Source: Ignavibacteriota bacterium
Lineage (GTDB): Bacteria > Bacteroidota > Ignavibacteria > Kapaibacteriales > UBA2268
DNA: 64,000 nt
Direction of reading: 5' to 3'
Assembly (NCBI GenBank): GCA_024636855.1
Contig: JAGXGG010000075.1
Location: forward strand, 23,360-87,359
The notes beneath the pieces were generated by a model that searched no databases, was not told the origin of the DNA, and saw only the letters and a list, made by a program, of their open reading frames with translations. A program made the position numbers and the translations under genes. This document shows, piece after piece, positions 40,368 to 50,231 of this stretch. Position 1 is the first letter of the stretch; each line of letters begins with the position of its first letter.

Positions 40368-41407
40368 CGTAGCATTGAAGCAGAGTCTTTTTCTATTTTC
40401 TGTATTAGTCTATCCGAGAGATAGTTCCCTATGTCCTTGTGCATTTCTTGATTCCAATGTCCACTCGTATTTGTTGCTTTCCAATAATATGGATCTATTC
40501 CTGCTTTATATAGGGAATCCACAAAATGGCTAGTATCCCAATATGTAATTCCTAATCTATTTATTTCGTCAACAAAAGGGTTGTAAAGAGGGGAATAATC
40601 TCTATTTACTATTATAACATTCTTATCCAGATTTCTTAAAATCTTATTAGCTAAGGGTAATGGAGTATAATCCTTATCTATTGGCTCCAACTGCTTTACG
40701 GGTGCAAACCAATCATAAACTTTACCAAAAAGAATAGATGGTACTGGACGCTTTTTAGTAGCATGCTTCGCATTCTTTAACATATTCAATAAAATAGATT
40801 TACCAAGTATTTTTTGTACTGACTTGTATCTTTCTATCTCTTCTTTATCAAAATCAACTGAAGCAATAAGTGAATCACCAATTTCCTTTGTATATGGATA
40901 TAGGGGAGTTAGGTCTTCCAAATGCAAATCACCATTTGAAATAAAGTATAAGACTAATTCAGGTTTGAATCTGTCTACAAAAACTCTTTGGTATGCGTAA
41001 TTATGATTAAGATTAAAATTAGCACGACCAAAATTCTGTACTTCAAATGTATATCCTTTAAATCTTCCATTTAGACTTTTCTCAATAATATTTCCGAAAT
41101 AATCTCGTTGAAATATCTGAAATGACTCTACGAATGAATCACCAATTAGAGCAATATTTATGTGATTTGTTTTATTCGTATCAACTTCCCTGCCTGCGAA
41201 TCTACTATTGTTCGTTCTGAATATTCCAAATCCTTCTGTAAAAAGTACTGTCTCATGATTATTAGGTAATCCTTTGCCAATATCGTCATAGTATTGTCCC
41301 AAAGAGGCTTCTACAATTTTTGCATTGTCAACGAATAACTCACATATCAGCAATGTAGCAAATGCAGATAAGAGGAAGAGGGCGATATGTTTAAGAGTTT
41401 TTTTCAA
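40364..41407 (-). CDS. SGNH-like O-acylation accessory protein
   Basis: IGDSF and GHWN motifs; follows the MBOAT gene. Confidence 0.75.
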   Translation of the reverse strand: MKKTLKHIALFLLSAFATLLICELFVDNAKIVEASLGQYYDDIGKGLPNNHETVLFTEGFGIFRTNNSRFAGREVDTNKTNHINIALIGDSFVESFQIFQRDYFGNIIEKSLNGRFKGYTFEVQNFGRANFNLNHNYAYQRVFVDRFKPELVLYFISNGDLHLEDLTPLYPYTKEIGDSLIASVDFDKEEIERYKSVQKILGKSILLNMLKNAKHATKKRPVPSILFGKVYDWFAPVKQLEPIDKDYTPLPLANKILRNLDKNVIIVNRDYSPLYNPFVDEINRLGITYWDTSHFVDSLYKAGIDPYYWKATNTSGHWNQEMHKDIGNYLSDRLIQKIEKDSASMLR

Positions 41408-41410
41408 AAT

Positions 41411-42823
41411 TTAAAATTGGAAATATATAAACGGTAACGGTTTAGATTGAAAAATATAAACTAGTGTGACGATAAATAGACTAAGGAGAATTCCTAACCT
41501 AACAGACATTGATTTGAATCTAAGCATAAACGTATGTCCAAATCTATTTTCTATAATATCTAATGCAAAGTTCAGTATGAAATATGATACTACTATCTGT
41601 ATGAATATATGAGCGTATTCACTTGGTTGCCAATCAAAAATAGCTGAGAAAATCATCTGAGTTGATTCCCACGAAGTAGCTCTGAAAAATAGCCAAGTAA
41701 ACGCTACTAACACAAAAGTAAGCAGTACTTTCGGTATATCTTTGAGTCTAGTAATTGGGTCATATTCTGTTTTACTCTTAATCATAAACTTATGTGTGGC
41801 TAAATAGATACCATGCAATCCACCCCAAATAACGAAATTCCAGCTAGCTCCATGCCACAAACCACCCAATAACATAGTTATCATGAGGTTGGCATAAGTG
41901 CGTGCTTCTCCCTTTCTATTCCCACCTAGGGTTATGTAGAGATAATCTTTTAGCCACGAAGAAAGTGATATATGCCATCTTCGCCAAAACTCAGTGATAT
42001 TCCGAGATAGATATGGTTGCTCGAAGTTTATCATTAACTCAATACCCAAGAGTTTAGCCGTACCACGGGCTATTTTACTATATCCAGAAAAGTCAGCATA
42101 AATTTGAATACCGAAAAGTAGAACAGCTGCTATTATTTCAATAGATTTATAGAGATGAAGATTACTGAATATGTGATCTACTATTCTTCCAGCTGTGTCA
42201 CCTATCATAACCTTTCGGAATAATCCGAGTACGATGAGAGTTGCGCCTTCTTTTAGCTGGTCTTTTGTTGGGCTAAGCTTCTTATATAGTTGTGGCAATA
42301 AGTCCTTTGCCCTTTCTATAGGACCTGCCACTAATTGCGGGAAGAATGAAACGAATAAAGCGAAATCAATTATATTTTCAGTCGGCTCTAGTTTCTTTCT
42401 ATAAATATCAAAAGTATAAGAAAGTGTCTGAAAAGTATAAAATGATATACCAACAGGAAGAATGATATTCAAATGAAGCGAATCAACATTTCCACCGAAA
42501 TTATTTATCATAGTCTGGAAGCTATCAACAAAGAAGTTGAAATACTTGAAAAAACCTAGTATTCCTAAGTTTACACCTAAACTGGCATAAAGTAGTAGCT
42601 TCCTCTTCCTATCGTCATCGGTTTTATAAATCTTCAAACCAATATAATAATCAACTACTGTAGATAATAGTAAAAGCAGACAAAAACGCCAATCCCAATA
42701 ACCATAAAAGAAGTAACTCGCTGCTAACAAGAATATGTTCTTATAGGACTTTTTAGGGAGCAAGTAGAATATAGGGAGTACTACTGCTAAAAAAATCAAG
42801 AATATAAATGAGTTAAAAAGCAA
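41411..42823 (-). CDS. MBOAT O-acyltransferase (AlgI/DltB-like)
   Basis: LPVGISFYTFQ, FFPQLVAGPIER, FWRRWHISLS and GLWHGA motifs. Confidence 0.96.
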   Translation of the reverse strand: MLFNSFIFLIFLAVVLPIFYLLPKKSYKNIFLLAASYFFYGYWDWRFCLLLLLSTVVDYYIGLKIYKTDDDRKRKLLLYASLGVNLGILGFFKYFNFFVDSFQTMINNFGGNVDSLHLNIILPVGISFYTFQTLSYTFDIYRKKLEPTENIIDFALFVSFFPQLVAGPIERAKDLLPQLYKKLSPTKDQLKEGATLIVLGLFRKVMIGDTAGRIVDHIFSNLHLYKSIEIIAAVLLFGIQIYADFSGYSKIARGTAKLLGIELMINFEQPYLSRNITEFWRRWHISLSSWLKDYLYITLGGNRKGEARTYANLMITMLLGGLWHGASWNFVIWGGLHGIYLATHKFMIKSKTEYDPITRLKDIPKVLLTFVLVAFTWLFFRATSWESTQMIFSAIFDWQPSEYAHIFIQIVVSYFILNFALDIIENRFGHTFMLRFKSMSVRLGILLSLFIVTLVYIFQSKPLPFIYFQF

Positions 42824-42935
42824 TCGGGTTTGTCTGTTTTATTTAATTATTAGAATATGTGTCAGCTACAAATTAATGGAATTTTAGAATAATTCATTAT
42901 CTTGATAGATAATAAAAACTAAAAACTGAAAAGAA

Positions 42936-44381
42936 ATGTTCAAACTACAAAATTATATCAATGGAGAGTTAGTAGCTCCTCTCAATAATCAATACATAGA
43001 TAATTATGACCCATCTGTAGGGGAGGTATATTCACTTATACCAGACTCCAACGCAGAAGATATAGATATGGCTGTCAAAGCCGCAAAAGCTGCATTCCCA
43101 TCATGGTCTAATCTATCTAACGAGCAAAGACATGACTATATAATGGCAATTGCAGATGGTATAGAAAGCAGATTCGAGGAGTTCGTAGAAGCAGAGAGTA
43201 GAGATAATGGCAAGCCAATAAAGCTAGCTAGAAAAGTAGATATTCCGAGAGCAAAATCGAATTTCAAGTTCTATGCTACTGCTGTTATGCATTATTCAAG
43301 TCAATCGCACTTTATGCCCGAAGAGCCAGCTATCAACTATACACTAAGACAACCACTCGGAGTAGTTGGGTGTATTTCACCGTGGAATTTACCTCTTTAC
43401 CTTTTCACTTGGAAGATTGCTCCTGCGCTAGCAACAGGCAATACAGTAGTAGCAAAGCCGAGTGAGATTACACCTATGACAGCTTACCTTCTTTCTGAAG
43501 TTTGCTTAGAAGCTGGATTGCCTAAAGGTGTGTTGAATATAGTCCACGGCAATGGCCCTACTGCTGGTGAAGCAATAGTCCAACACGATGATATACAAGC
43601 AATATCTTTCACTGGTGGTACTATGACTGGTCAGCATATAGCAAGCATAGTTGCTCCAAAATTTAAGAAAATGTCACTAGAATTGGGTGGTAAAAATCCG
43701 AATATAATTTTCGATGATTGCGATTATGATAAAGCATTAAGTACTAGTGTAATCTCATCATTTGCTAATCAAGGGCAGATTTGTCTTTGCGGTTCGCGAA
43801 TATTCATCCACGAGTCTATATACGATAGATTCCGTGATGATTTCGTCGCGAAAGTGAAAAAGCTTAAGGTCGGTGACCCCATGGAAGGAGATACATCACT
43901 AGGTGCTGTGGTATCGAAACCGCATCAAGAAAAAGTACTCTCGTACATTGAGTTAGCTAAACAAGAAGGCGGCAAAGTAATAGCGGGAGGAAACGCTGTA
44001 AACCCAGAGGGGAGATGTGAGAACGGCTATTTCATAGAGCCGACTGTAATTGAAGGACTTCCATTTAGTTGTAGAACTAATCAAGAAGAAATATTCGGCC
44101 CAGTTGTTACACTACAACCATTCAGCACAGAAGAAGAAGTCCTAGAATATGCTAATAGCGTCAAATACGGACTTGCTGCAACAGTTTGGACTCAAGACAT
44201 TAGCCGAGCTAATAGAGTTGCACAGCATTTGCATGCAGGTATAGTATGGGTGAATTGCTGGTTACTCCGTGATTTGCGTACACCATTCGGTGGAGTAAAA
44301 GATAGCGGAATGGGAAGAGAAGGTGGTTTCGAAGCTATGGACTTTTTCACCGAACCAAAGAATGTTTGTGTGAAGTATTAA
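42936..44381 (+). CDS. Aldehyde dehydrogenase (2-aminomuconate-semialdehyde dehydrogenase-like)
   Basis: ISPWNLPLYL, LELGGKNP, NQGQICLCGSR, EEIFGPV and NCWLLRDLRTPFGG motifs. Confidence 0.93.
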   Translation: MFKLQNYINGELVAPLNNQYIDNYDPSVGEVYSLIPDSNAEDIDMAVKAAKAAFPSWSNLSNEQRHDYIMAIADGIESRFEEFVEAESRDNGKPIKLARKVDIPRAKSNFKFYATAVMHYSSQSHFMPEEPAINYTLRQPLGVVGCISPWNLPLYLFTWKIAPALATGNTVVAKPSEITPMTAYLLSEVCLEAGLPKGVLNIVHGNGPTAGEAIVQHDDIQAISFTGGTMTGQHIASIVAPKFKKMSLELGGKNPNIIFDDCDYDKALSTSVISSFANQGQICLCGSRIFIHESIYDRFRDDFVAKVKKLKVGDPMEGDTSLGAVVSKPHQEKVLSYIELAKQEGGKVIAGGNAVNPEGRCENGYFIEPTVIEGLPFSCRTNQEEIFGPVVTLQPFSTEEEVLEYANSVKYGLAATVWTQDISRANRVAQHLHAGIVWVNCWLLRDLRTPFGGVKDSGMGREGGFEAMDFFTEPKNVCVKY

Positions 44382-44552
44382 GAAATAGTAGAATAGTATT
44401 GTCTATATTTAAAAAAGTAAGTCAAATAAGTATGTGGGATAAGGCGGTAAAGTAAAGTATGTCACTGCGAGGAACGAAGTGACGTGGCAGTCTGAAGTGT
44501 CAAATTGAATAGATTGACTTAGGCATAATAATGATATATTATATTTCTCAAC

Positions 44553-44881
44553 TTAATTAGAAACCACTTTAAGCCCAATAATAGAGGCAATAAGTGTAGT
44601 TATAAAAAATAGTCTCCAAAAATCTGTTGGTTCGTTGAATAGTATTATCCCCATTAGTACAGTTCCCACAGCTCCTACTTCTGTCCAAACAGCATAAGCA
44701 GTACCAATATTGGTAACCCCTCTGTCGCTTTGACTAGGAGGAACATACTGATAGCCAAGCAAACTAAAAATCCTACAAACCAATATCTTGATTCAGTACC
44801 TGTCTTTTCTTTCGCCATTCCCAAACAAGTGGCAAATCCGACTTTGAAAAGCCCCGCTATTATTAAAAGTAACCAATTCAT
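44553..44881 (-). pseudogene. SMR/SugE(Gdx)-type transporter, frameshifted
   Basis: MNWLLLIIAGLFKV... and ...IGTAYAVWT...FNEP lie in different frames; extra AT near 44708; the conserved Glu13 is Lys. Confidence 0.85.
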
Positions 44882-44940
44882 GTTGTTCTCATTTATTTCA
44901 AAGTATCACTATACTCGTGGGAATCCAAATTTACTATATT

Positions 44941-45327
44941 TTAATTTAAAAGTGATACATTATAATAGTTACCAAATATAAAGGGTAGTGAGAAGGATAG
45001 AATCACGTAAATTAATGAGATAATGGCGAACATTATTTTCTGTTTTTTAGAAGCTGCTTCAACTTTTTTAACCCGGTCTTTATATTTTTTCTTATATCCA
45101 TATATAAAGTACAATACGGAAAATGGCAAAGAAACAAGAACAACTGTTTCTATTATACCAACTATTGGAATAAATACTAAATCAAAAGCTTTTATAAATA
45201 GTATTAAAAGCATGATATTAGTAAAAGCAACTATAGATAGAATTAAAACGGCATTAAAATAGCTATCATCACTTTTAAATAACTTAAATAATTTGAATAA
45301 ATAATAAAATAAGTAGTCGTAAATCAT
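44941..45327 (-). CDS. Small AT-rich membrane protein (immunity-like)
   Basis: Three TM segments; MIYDYLFY start. Confidence 0.65.
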   Translation of the reverse strand: MIYDYLFYYLFKLFKLFKSDDSYFNAVLILSIVAFTNIMLLILFIKAFDLVFIPIVGIIETVVLVSLPFSVLYFIYGYKKKYKDRVKKVEAASKKQKIMFAIISLIYVILSFSLPFIFGNYYNVSLLN

Positions 45328-45405
45328 TGAAATCCCAATATTAAATTTGGTAAGTTCTGGTTCATGATACTATCATTTGATACTATCACAATCTATTAAA
45401 AACTA

Positions 45406-46104
45406 TTAAAATTCAAAAATTAATAGTTCTTCTGTGTTATCCTCTAACTTCTCAATCAACTCGCCTGAGCTGTTCCATGCAGCACTACCTCCAACGGCAA
45501 GAAAATTATCAGAATAGCCGATAGAGTTAACCATCAGAATTGGGATGCTTTTACTTTTAGATAGTTCAGCAAAATACCTGTTTGCTCTTTCAATATTATT
45601 CTTTGGTTTAGCCACACTAGCTAGATATATATCACAACCCATTTCATAGGCTTTGTCAAAATGTTCTGGCAATAGAGACTCATAGCATATAGCAGGAGCA
45701 ATTTTCACTCTATCTATTTCTATTATAATTTGCTCTGTTCCTTCTACGAAATATGGCTTTTCATCTGAGTGAAGGTATTGCTTTGAGTAGGTTTGTCTGT
45801 TCCTTTTTGGCTGGAATATTAACATACTGATACATATCCCTTCAACTGAAATAGTTGGTAGTCCAATGCAAATAGTAATTTCTCCACTATCAGCCAGCGC
45901 CTGGAATTTTTCGAATCTAGTATCTGATTGAGTAGTTGCCAATTCCTTTGCTAACTCTGGCTCATAGCCTATTATCGACAACTCAGGAAAGCAAATCAAA
46001 TCAGCTCTATTCTCGATAGCTTCTTTAACATATACTATATGCTTCTCTATATTCTTTTGAATATCTCCTTTGAAAGAGGCTATTTGAGCAAGACAGATTT
46101 TCAT
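45406..46104 (-). CDS. Carbon-nitrogen hydrolase (nitrilase family)
   Basis: FPEL, YSKQYLH and AICYE catalytic E-K-C triad. Confidence 0.95.
   Translation of the reverse strand: MKICLAQIASFKGDIQKNIEKHIVYVKEAIENRADLICFPELSIIGYEPELAKELATTQSDTRFEKFQALADSGEITICIGLPTISVEGICISMLIFQPKRNRQTYSKQYLHSDEKPYFVEGTEQIIIEIDRVKIAPAICYESLLPEHFDKAYEMGCDIYLASVAKPKNNIERANRYFAELSKSKSIPILMVNSIGYSDNFLAVGGSAAWNSSGELIEKLEDNTEELLIFEF
46055..46104 (-). repeat. 50-bp direct repeat (nitrilase 5' end), copy at 48662-48711
   Basis: 46/50 identical by manual alignment. Confidence 0.9.
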
Positions 46105-46117
46105 TTATTTAGATATT

Positions 46118-48094
46118 TTATTTTTCTTTTCTAGTATTTGATACTAATATTAAATCTCTGAGTTCATCTATTTGTTTTTGCAAATCATTTATTTTTGTTT
46201 TTTGGCTTTCTAATTCTAATAAATACTCTTCGTTCAACCAAGTCTTTTCTTCTAGCTGTTTATTTAACTCTTGCACAGATTTTACCAATGGAACTACAAA
46301 CTCTGCATAACGTAATCCGTAGAAATCTTTTTCATTCTTCGGGGCGTCTACACCACTAAAGTCGAATCCGTTGGCTTTGGCTGCTTGTTCCACTTCCTGC
46401 GCTATAAATCCAGTATATGTAATATTCTCCTTGTCATATTTGGTGTCCCATTTTGAGCTATCAATTATACCAAAGTTATCAGTATAGAACTGTTCAATTT
46501 TACGCAAATCCATAGTGTATGTGACTGGACGTAGTTGATTAATGAACTGAAGACCTTTTACATTTTCCACTACATTTACCTTAAACCTACTATCGCTAAT
46601 AGTGGTCCAGTTAACTGCACCGCCTATGCTTGTTATATTCTCATTTCCAACACGCACCATGTCCGATGCAGTAGATAATGACTTATGACCTAAACTCATA
46701 GAATTAGTGAAGTTTGAATCGGCATTGTCAGATAAGTATCCTATTGTCGTATTAAATTCGCCACTAACATTTGATTTAAGAGAAAGTGTTCCTATTGAGA
46801 CATTATTACTACCATTAACATTACTTCTTAGAGCTAAATAACCAACAGCTGTATTTGCATTTCCTGTTGTATTATCAATCATTGCCGTAGCCCCAAGGGC
46901 ACTGTTATAATGACCACTTGAGTTAGAGCTTAACGAGTTAGCCCCAATAACTGTATTCGAGAGCCCTGTAGTATTGTAGTATAATGAACTATTCCCAACG
47001 GCAGTATTATATGCACCAGTTGTATTCTTATTCATTGATTCAGCTCCACATGCAGTATTACCATCACCAGTAATATTGGAATAGAGTGCCCCCGACCCTA
47101 TAGCACTGTTTCTTGCTCCTTCAGTATTAGAATAAAGTGATTGATAACCAACAGCAGAATTTCTGCCACCTTTAGTATTTGAATAAAGTGAGCTGCTACC
47201 TATAGCACAATTACCACTACCTTGGCTATTATTGTAAAGAGCTTGGAAACCGTTAGCCACATTATAGAAACCATAATCATTACTAAATATAGCTTCGTAT
47301 CCTATTGCAGTGTTATTTGAGCCAGTATTGTTTAAATAAAGTGATTTAGTTCCTATAGAAACGTTGTTTCCTCCAGAAGTGTTATTATACAACGATTGTA
47401 AACCAACAGCTATATTAAAATTACCATTGTTAATACGAAATAAACTTGAATCACCAATAGCTATATTTCCTTCTCCATTATAGATAGTTCTTCCCGTTTG
47501 TTTACCAATTAAGATATTATTATTCTTATTGCTAGACTCTAACCTTTTGCTTGTCATTGTCCATTTCTCTTCACCGTCAAGTGTAAATCTTATAATGTTT
47601 TCATTATTATTCTTTTCTACTTCAACTCTAGTGTTACCGTCTTTGTCTATGATTCTATCAGTAGGACTACCATCGCCACCACCAGCTATCCTATCTGCTG
47701 TGGAAGCATGTAGAGCATAAGGAACACTTATTAACTGCGTTGTGCTTATGATTGTATAATCTGATTTTCCATTTGGATCAATTTCAGTTTTAATAAAGTA
47801 CTCTCCTTTTGACCAATCTATAGATTCAATATCACCTTCTGGGAAAGTAGAAGCACCAATTTGTAAAGAGATTAATCCATTGTCATTAGTTATCGGGTAA
47901 CTGGTCTCGCTATAAACCACGTCCCCAGTTACTGAATCGCTTAGAATACTTATTTTAACACTTACAGATTTATTTGAGATCAACTCATTGTTTGCATCTC
48001 TGACTACCGCCTGATAACTAAACTTGTATGGTGTTTGAGAGTTGATAATTGTAGTAGTTAATAATATTAATAATATTGTAATTATCTTTTTCAT
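46118..48094 (-). CDS. Secreted fibre/adhesin with N(T/S)AxG repeats and C-terminal S74-type intramolecular chaperone
   Basis: FSYQAVVRD N-terminal domain, ~14-aa repeats, SDSRFK...LRPVTY...GFIAQEV...LRYAEFVVPLVKSVQEL and a coiled coil. Confidence 0.9.
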   Translation of the reverse strand: MKKIITILLILLTTTIINSQTPYKFSYQAVVRDANNELISNKSVSVKISILSDSVTGDVVYSETSYPITNDNGLISLQIGASTFPEGDIESIDWSKGEYFIKTEIDPNGKSDYTIISTTQLISVPYALHASTADRIAGGGDGSPTDRIIDKDGNTRVEVEKNNNENIIRFTLDGEEKWTMTSKRLESSNKNNNILIGKQTGRTIYNGEGNIAIGDSSLFRINNGNFNIAVGLQSLYNNTSGGNNVSIGTKSLYLNNTGSNNTAIGYEAIFSNDYGFYNVANGFQALYNNSQGSGNCAIGSSSLYSNTKGGRNSAVGYQSLYSNTEGARNSAIGSGALYSNITGDGNTACGAESMNKNTTGAYNTAVGNSSLYYNTTGLSNTVIGANSLSSNSSGHYNSALGATAMIDNTTGNANTAVGYLALRSNVNGSNNVSIGTLSLKSNVSGEFNTTIGYLSDNADSNFTNSMSLGHKSLSTASDMVRVGNENITSIGGAVNWTTISDSRFKVNVVENVKGLQFINQLRPVTYTMDLRKIEQFYTDNFGIIDSSKWDTKYDKENITYTGFIAQEVEQAAKANGFDFSGVDAPKNEKDFYGLRYAEFVVPLVKSVQELNKQLEEKTWLNEEYLLELESQKTKINDLQKQIDELRDLILVSNTRKEK

Positions 48095-48095
48095 T

Positions 48096-48563
48096 TTATT
48101 TTTCCTTAATTAACTTAAATGATTGAACTATTTCACCTTCTCTTACTATATTCAAAATATAAGTAGAAGCGGTCAATGCTTTGGTATTAATATATGTTTC
48201 GGATAATAATATTTTATTAGTGATAACTGTATTGCCTAGTAAATTAACCAAACTATATTCTAATCCAGATATATATGATTCATCAATTTTCAAAGTAACA
48301 TTGTCTGTACTTGGGTTTGGGAATACTTCAATTGAAAAGTCATCTCTACTATCTTCAATGGAAGTAATAGTTATTCTGTATGGTTGCTGTAGACCCGTTT
48401 GGACTTGTCCTTCTCCACTCTGCACTTCATACAAGACCTGCCCAATGGAATAAGAGACGCTTCCAGCTGTTGACTTTGCATCACCACCAGAGCTTACTGT
48501 ACCTTCTTGGGCGAAAGTGTTAAAATTTAAGAATAAAAGTATAATTAGTACTGATTTACACAT
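48096..48563 (-). CDS. Small T9SS substrate, partner of the fibre gene
   Basis: Start MCKSV; SSGGDA...SVSYSIGQ...GLQQP, VFPNP and FKLIK motifs. Confidence 0.88.
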   Translation of the reverse strand: MCKSVLIILLFLNFNTFAQEGTVSSGGDAKSTAGSVSYSIGQVLYEVQSGEGQVQTGLQQPYRITITSIEDSRDDFSIEVFPNPSTDNVTLKIDESYISGLEYSLVNLLGNTVITNKILLSETYINTKALTASTYILNIVREGEIVQSFKLIKEK

Positions 48564-48616
48564 AGTTTTCACCGTCCATTTAATATGTTTTTCTAAAATT
48601 GGAAGTTCCAATACTA

Positions 48617-48646
48617 TATAGACACATGAACGATGTAAACATCTCC
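48617..48646 (-). promoter_or_regulatory. GAGAY-N17-GTCT motif upstream of the T9SS pair
   Basis: ggagatgtttacatcgttcatgtgtctata on the minus strand. Confidence 0.45.
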
Positions 48647-48661
48647 GAAATAACAAAAGTT

Positions 48662-48711
48662 TTTTGAATATCTCCTTTGTAAGAAGTAATTTGAGCAAGA
48701 CAGATTTTCAT
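48662..48711 (-). pseudogene. Truncated nitrilase 5' remnant (MKICLAQITSYKGDIQK)
   Basis: ATG overlaps the TGA of the upstream gene; diverges after codon 17. Confidence 0.85.
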
Positions 48712-49166
48712 GGAATTATTTTCTCTAGTTCACCTTCATTGACAATGTAATACTTTGTTGTATCTAAAGGAGTTGAATTTTCTGAAATATATGAGGCGTC
48801 ATTTACAATAATAAGTCGACTTTCTATTTTAAAATTAACTCCATAAGTTGATGTAATACGATCATATATCTTACCATTTGTTCTATCTACCAAAATGGAG
48901 ACTTGACAATTTATACCGCATCCCCAAGTAACGACTGTGTATTTATCTGCAAAATTAATGCCTTCTTTACACTTCTCAGTAACAATAGTTTTAAATTTTT
49001 TATAATCACTATTAGAACTAAAGTCTGGCTCTACAAGTTTGAAATCTGTTTCTATACATTCATATTTTTCAAAAAGAATTTCATTAGAGACTGTCTCCTT
49101 ACTATTTAGTAGAGTTATAGATGATAAAAGTATTAATACTATTATGTTGGTCTTGAGTATGTTCAT
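48708..49166 (-). CDS. Secreted hypothetical protein
   Basis: Signal peptide; INFADKYTVVTWGCGINCQ motif. Confidence 0.8.
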   Translation of the reverse strand: MNILKTNIIVLILLSSITLLNSKETVSNEILFEKYECIETDFKLVEPDFSSNSDYKKFKTIVTEKCKEGINFADKYTVVTWGCGINCQVSILVDRTNGKIYDRITSTYGVNFKIESRLIIVNDASYISENSTPLDTTKYYIVNEGELEKIIP

Positions 49167-49167
49167 T

Positions 49168-49878
49168 TTATTTATTTAACCTATTGTAATAAAGCAATTC
49201 TAGCTCTCCAGTTTGGTTTTTGTCAACTATAACTAAAGTATCGCCACCTTTCAAATAATATTCAATTTGGTTTATTAAACCATCACTATCAAAGTCGTAT
49301 CTGACATTTGTGATATTCTCATCATTGTCATACGTTATATACTGATCTATAAACCCATCATCATTTTTATCAATGTTCAAATTACGAAGCATAGCATCTT
49401 TTGAATAAATAAACTCTTTTTCGAAATTAAAATTAAAATTATTATCAATATGTTTTTCTAGTAATGTTCCACTAGATTTATCTAATACTTCCATTGTTGT
49501 ATTGCTATAATCCCAAACATATTCGAAATTATCAGCTAAATCTTCTCTATTCACTATAGACCAATACTTAACAGCGACTACCGTAATAATAGAAGCATAT
49601 ACGATTATAGCAATATTCTTAAAGTTATATTTTTTACCTTTATTTTCTTTTCTTACTTTTTTCCCGATTTCTGCTTGAACATGGGAGTAGATAATTTCAA
49701 CCCTCTCACGAAATTCTTCCAGTATAGTAATAATCCCAAATGGAGCTTCATTATTAAATACGGGTAACACAGAATCGTTATTTAGTTTTATAGTATAAGG
49801 AATTTCTTCCTCATTTAGTCTTTTAACTATATATTCTAACTCTAATTCTGATACTATGTTAATATTAAATGATTCCAT
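49168..49878 (-). CDS. Membrane-anchored hypothetical protein with DxNxDG repeats
   Basis: One TM segment; DKNDDGFID and DFDSDGLIN. Confidence 0.75.
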   Translation of the reverse strand: MESFNINIVSELELEYIVKRLNEEEIPYTIKLNNDSVLPVFNNEAPFGIITILEEFRERVEIIYSHVQAEIGKKVRKENKGKKYNFKNIAIIVYASIITVVAVKYWSIVNREDLADNFEYVWDYSNTTMEVLDKSSGTLLEKHIDNNFNFNFEKEFIYSKDAMLRNLNIDKNDDGFIDQYITYDNDENITNVRYDFDSDGLINQIEYYLKGGDTLVIVDKNQTGELELLYYNRLNK

Positions 49879-49995
49879 ATCAAATTATCCTTTTAAATTT
49901 TTTCATTTTATTTATTCTTCAAACTCATAACAAATTCATAGCTTTCATTCATTAACTTGACAATCAATTTATCATCTTTTGTTTAGATTCTATAC

Positions 49996-50205
49996 TTATC
50001 TATTAGTATAATAAATCAATATCACTATCAAGGATATGAAAAACAAAGCTCCTATAACATAAGCAATAACATCCTTCGATTCATCTTTGTAAATCTCTTT
50101 GATTGGAGTAGTAGTAAAAGTAAATACTTTTATGAAAACAGCTCCAATTGATTTAGCTATTACTCTCAGTGCTTCCCAAAATATTTCGCCTATAAGTTCT
50201 GCCAT
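49996..50205 (-). CDS. Small membrane protein
   Basis: 69-aa ORF with a C-terminal TM segment, in operon orientation. Confidence 0.6.
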   Translation of the reverse strand: MAELIGEIFWEALRVIAKSIGAVFIKVFTFTTTPIKEIYKDESKDVIAYVIGALFFISLIVILIYYTNR

Positions 50206-50231
50206 AATTAAACTCCTCTACTAAATTAATT

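Noticed and set aside
46118-48094. Prophage, suggested by the tail-fibre chaperone domain
   Set aside because: The protein has a Sec signal peptide and no phage structural, terminase or integrase genes are nearby.
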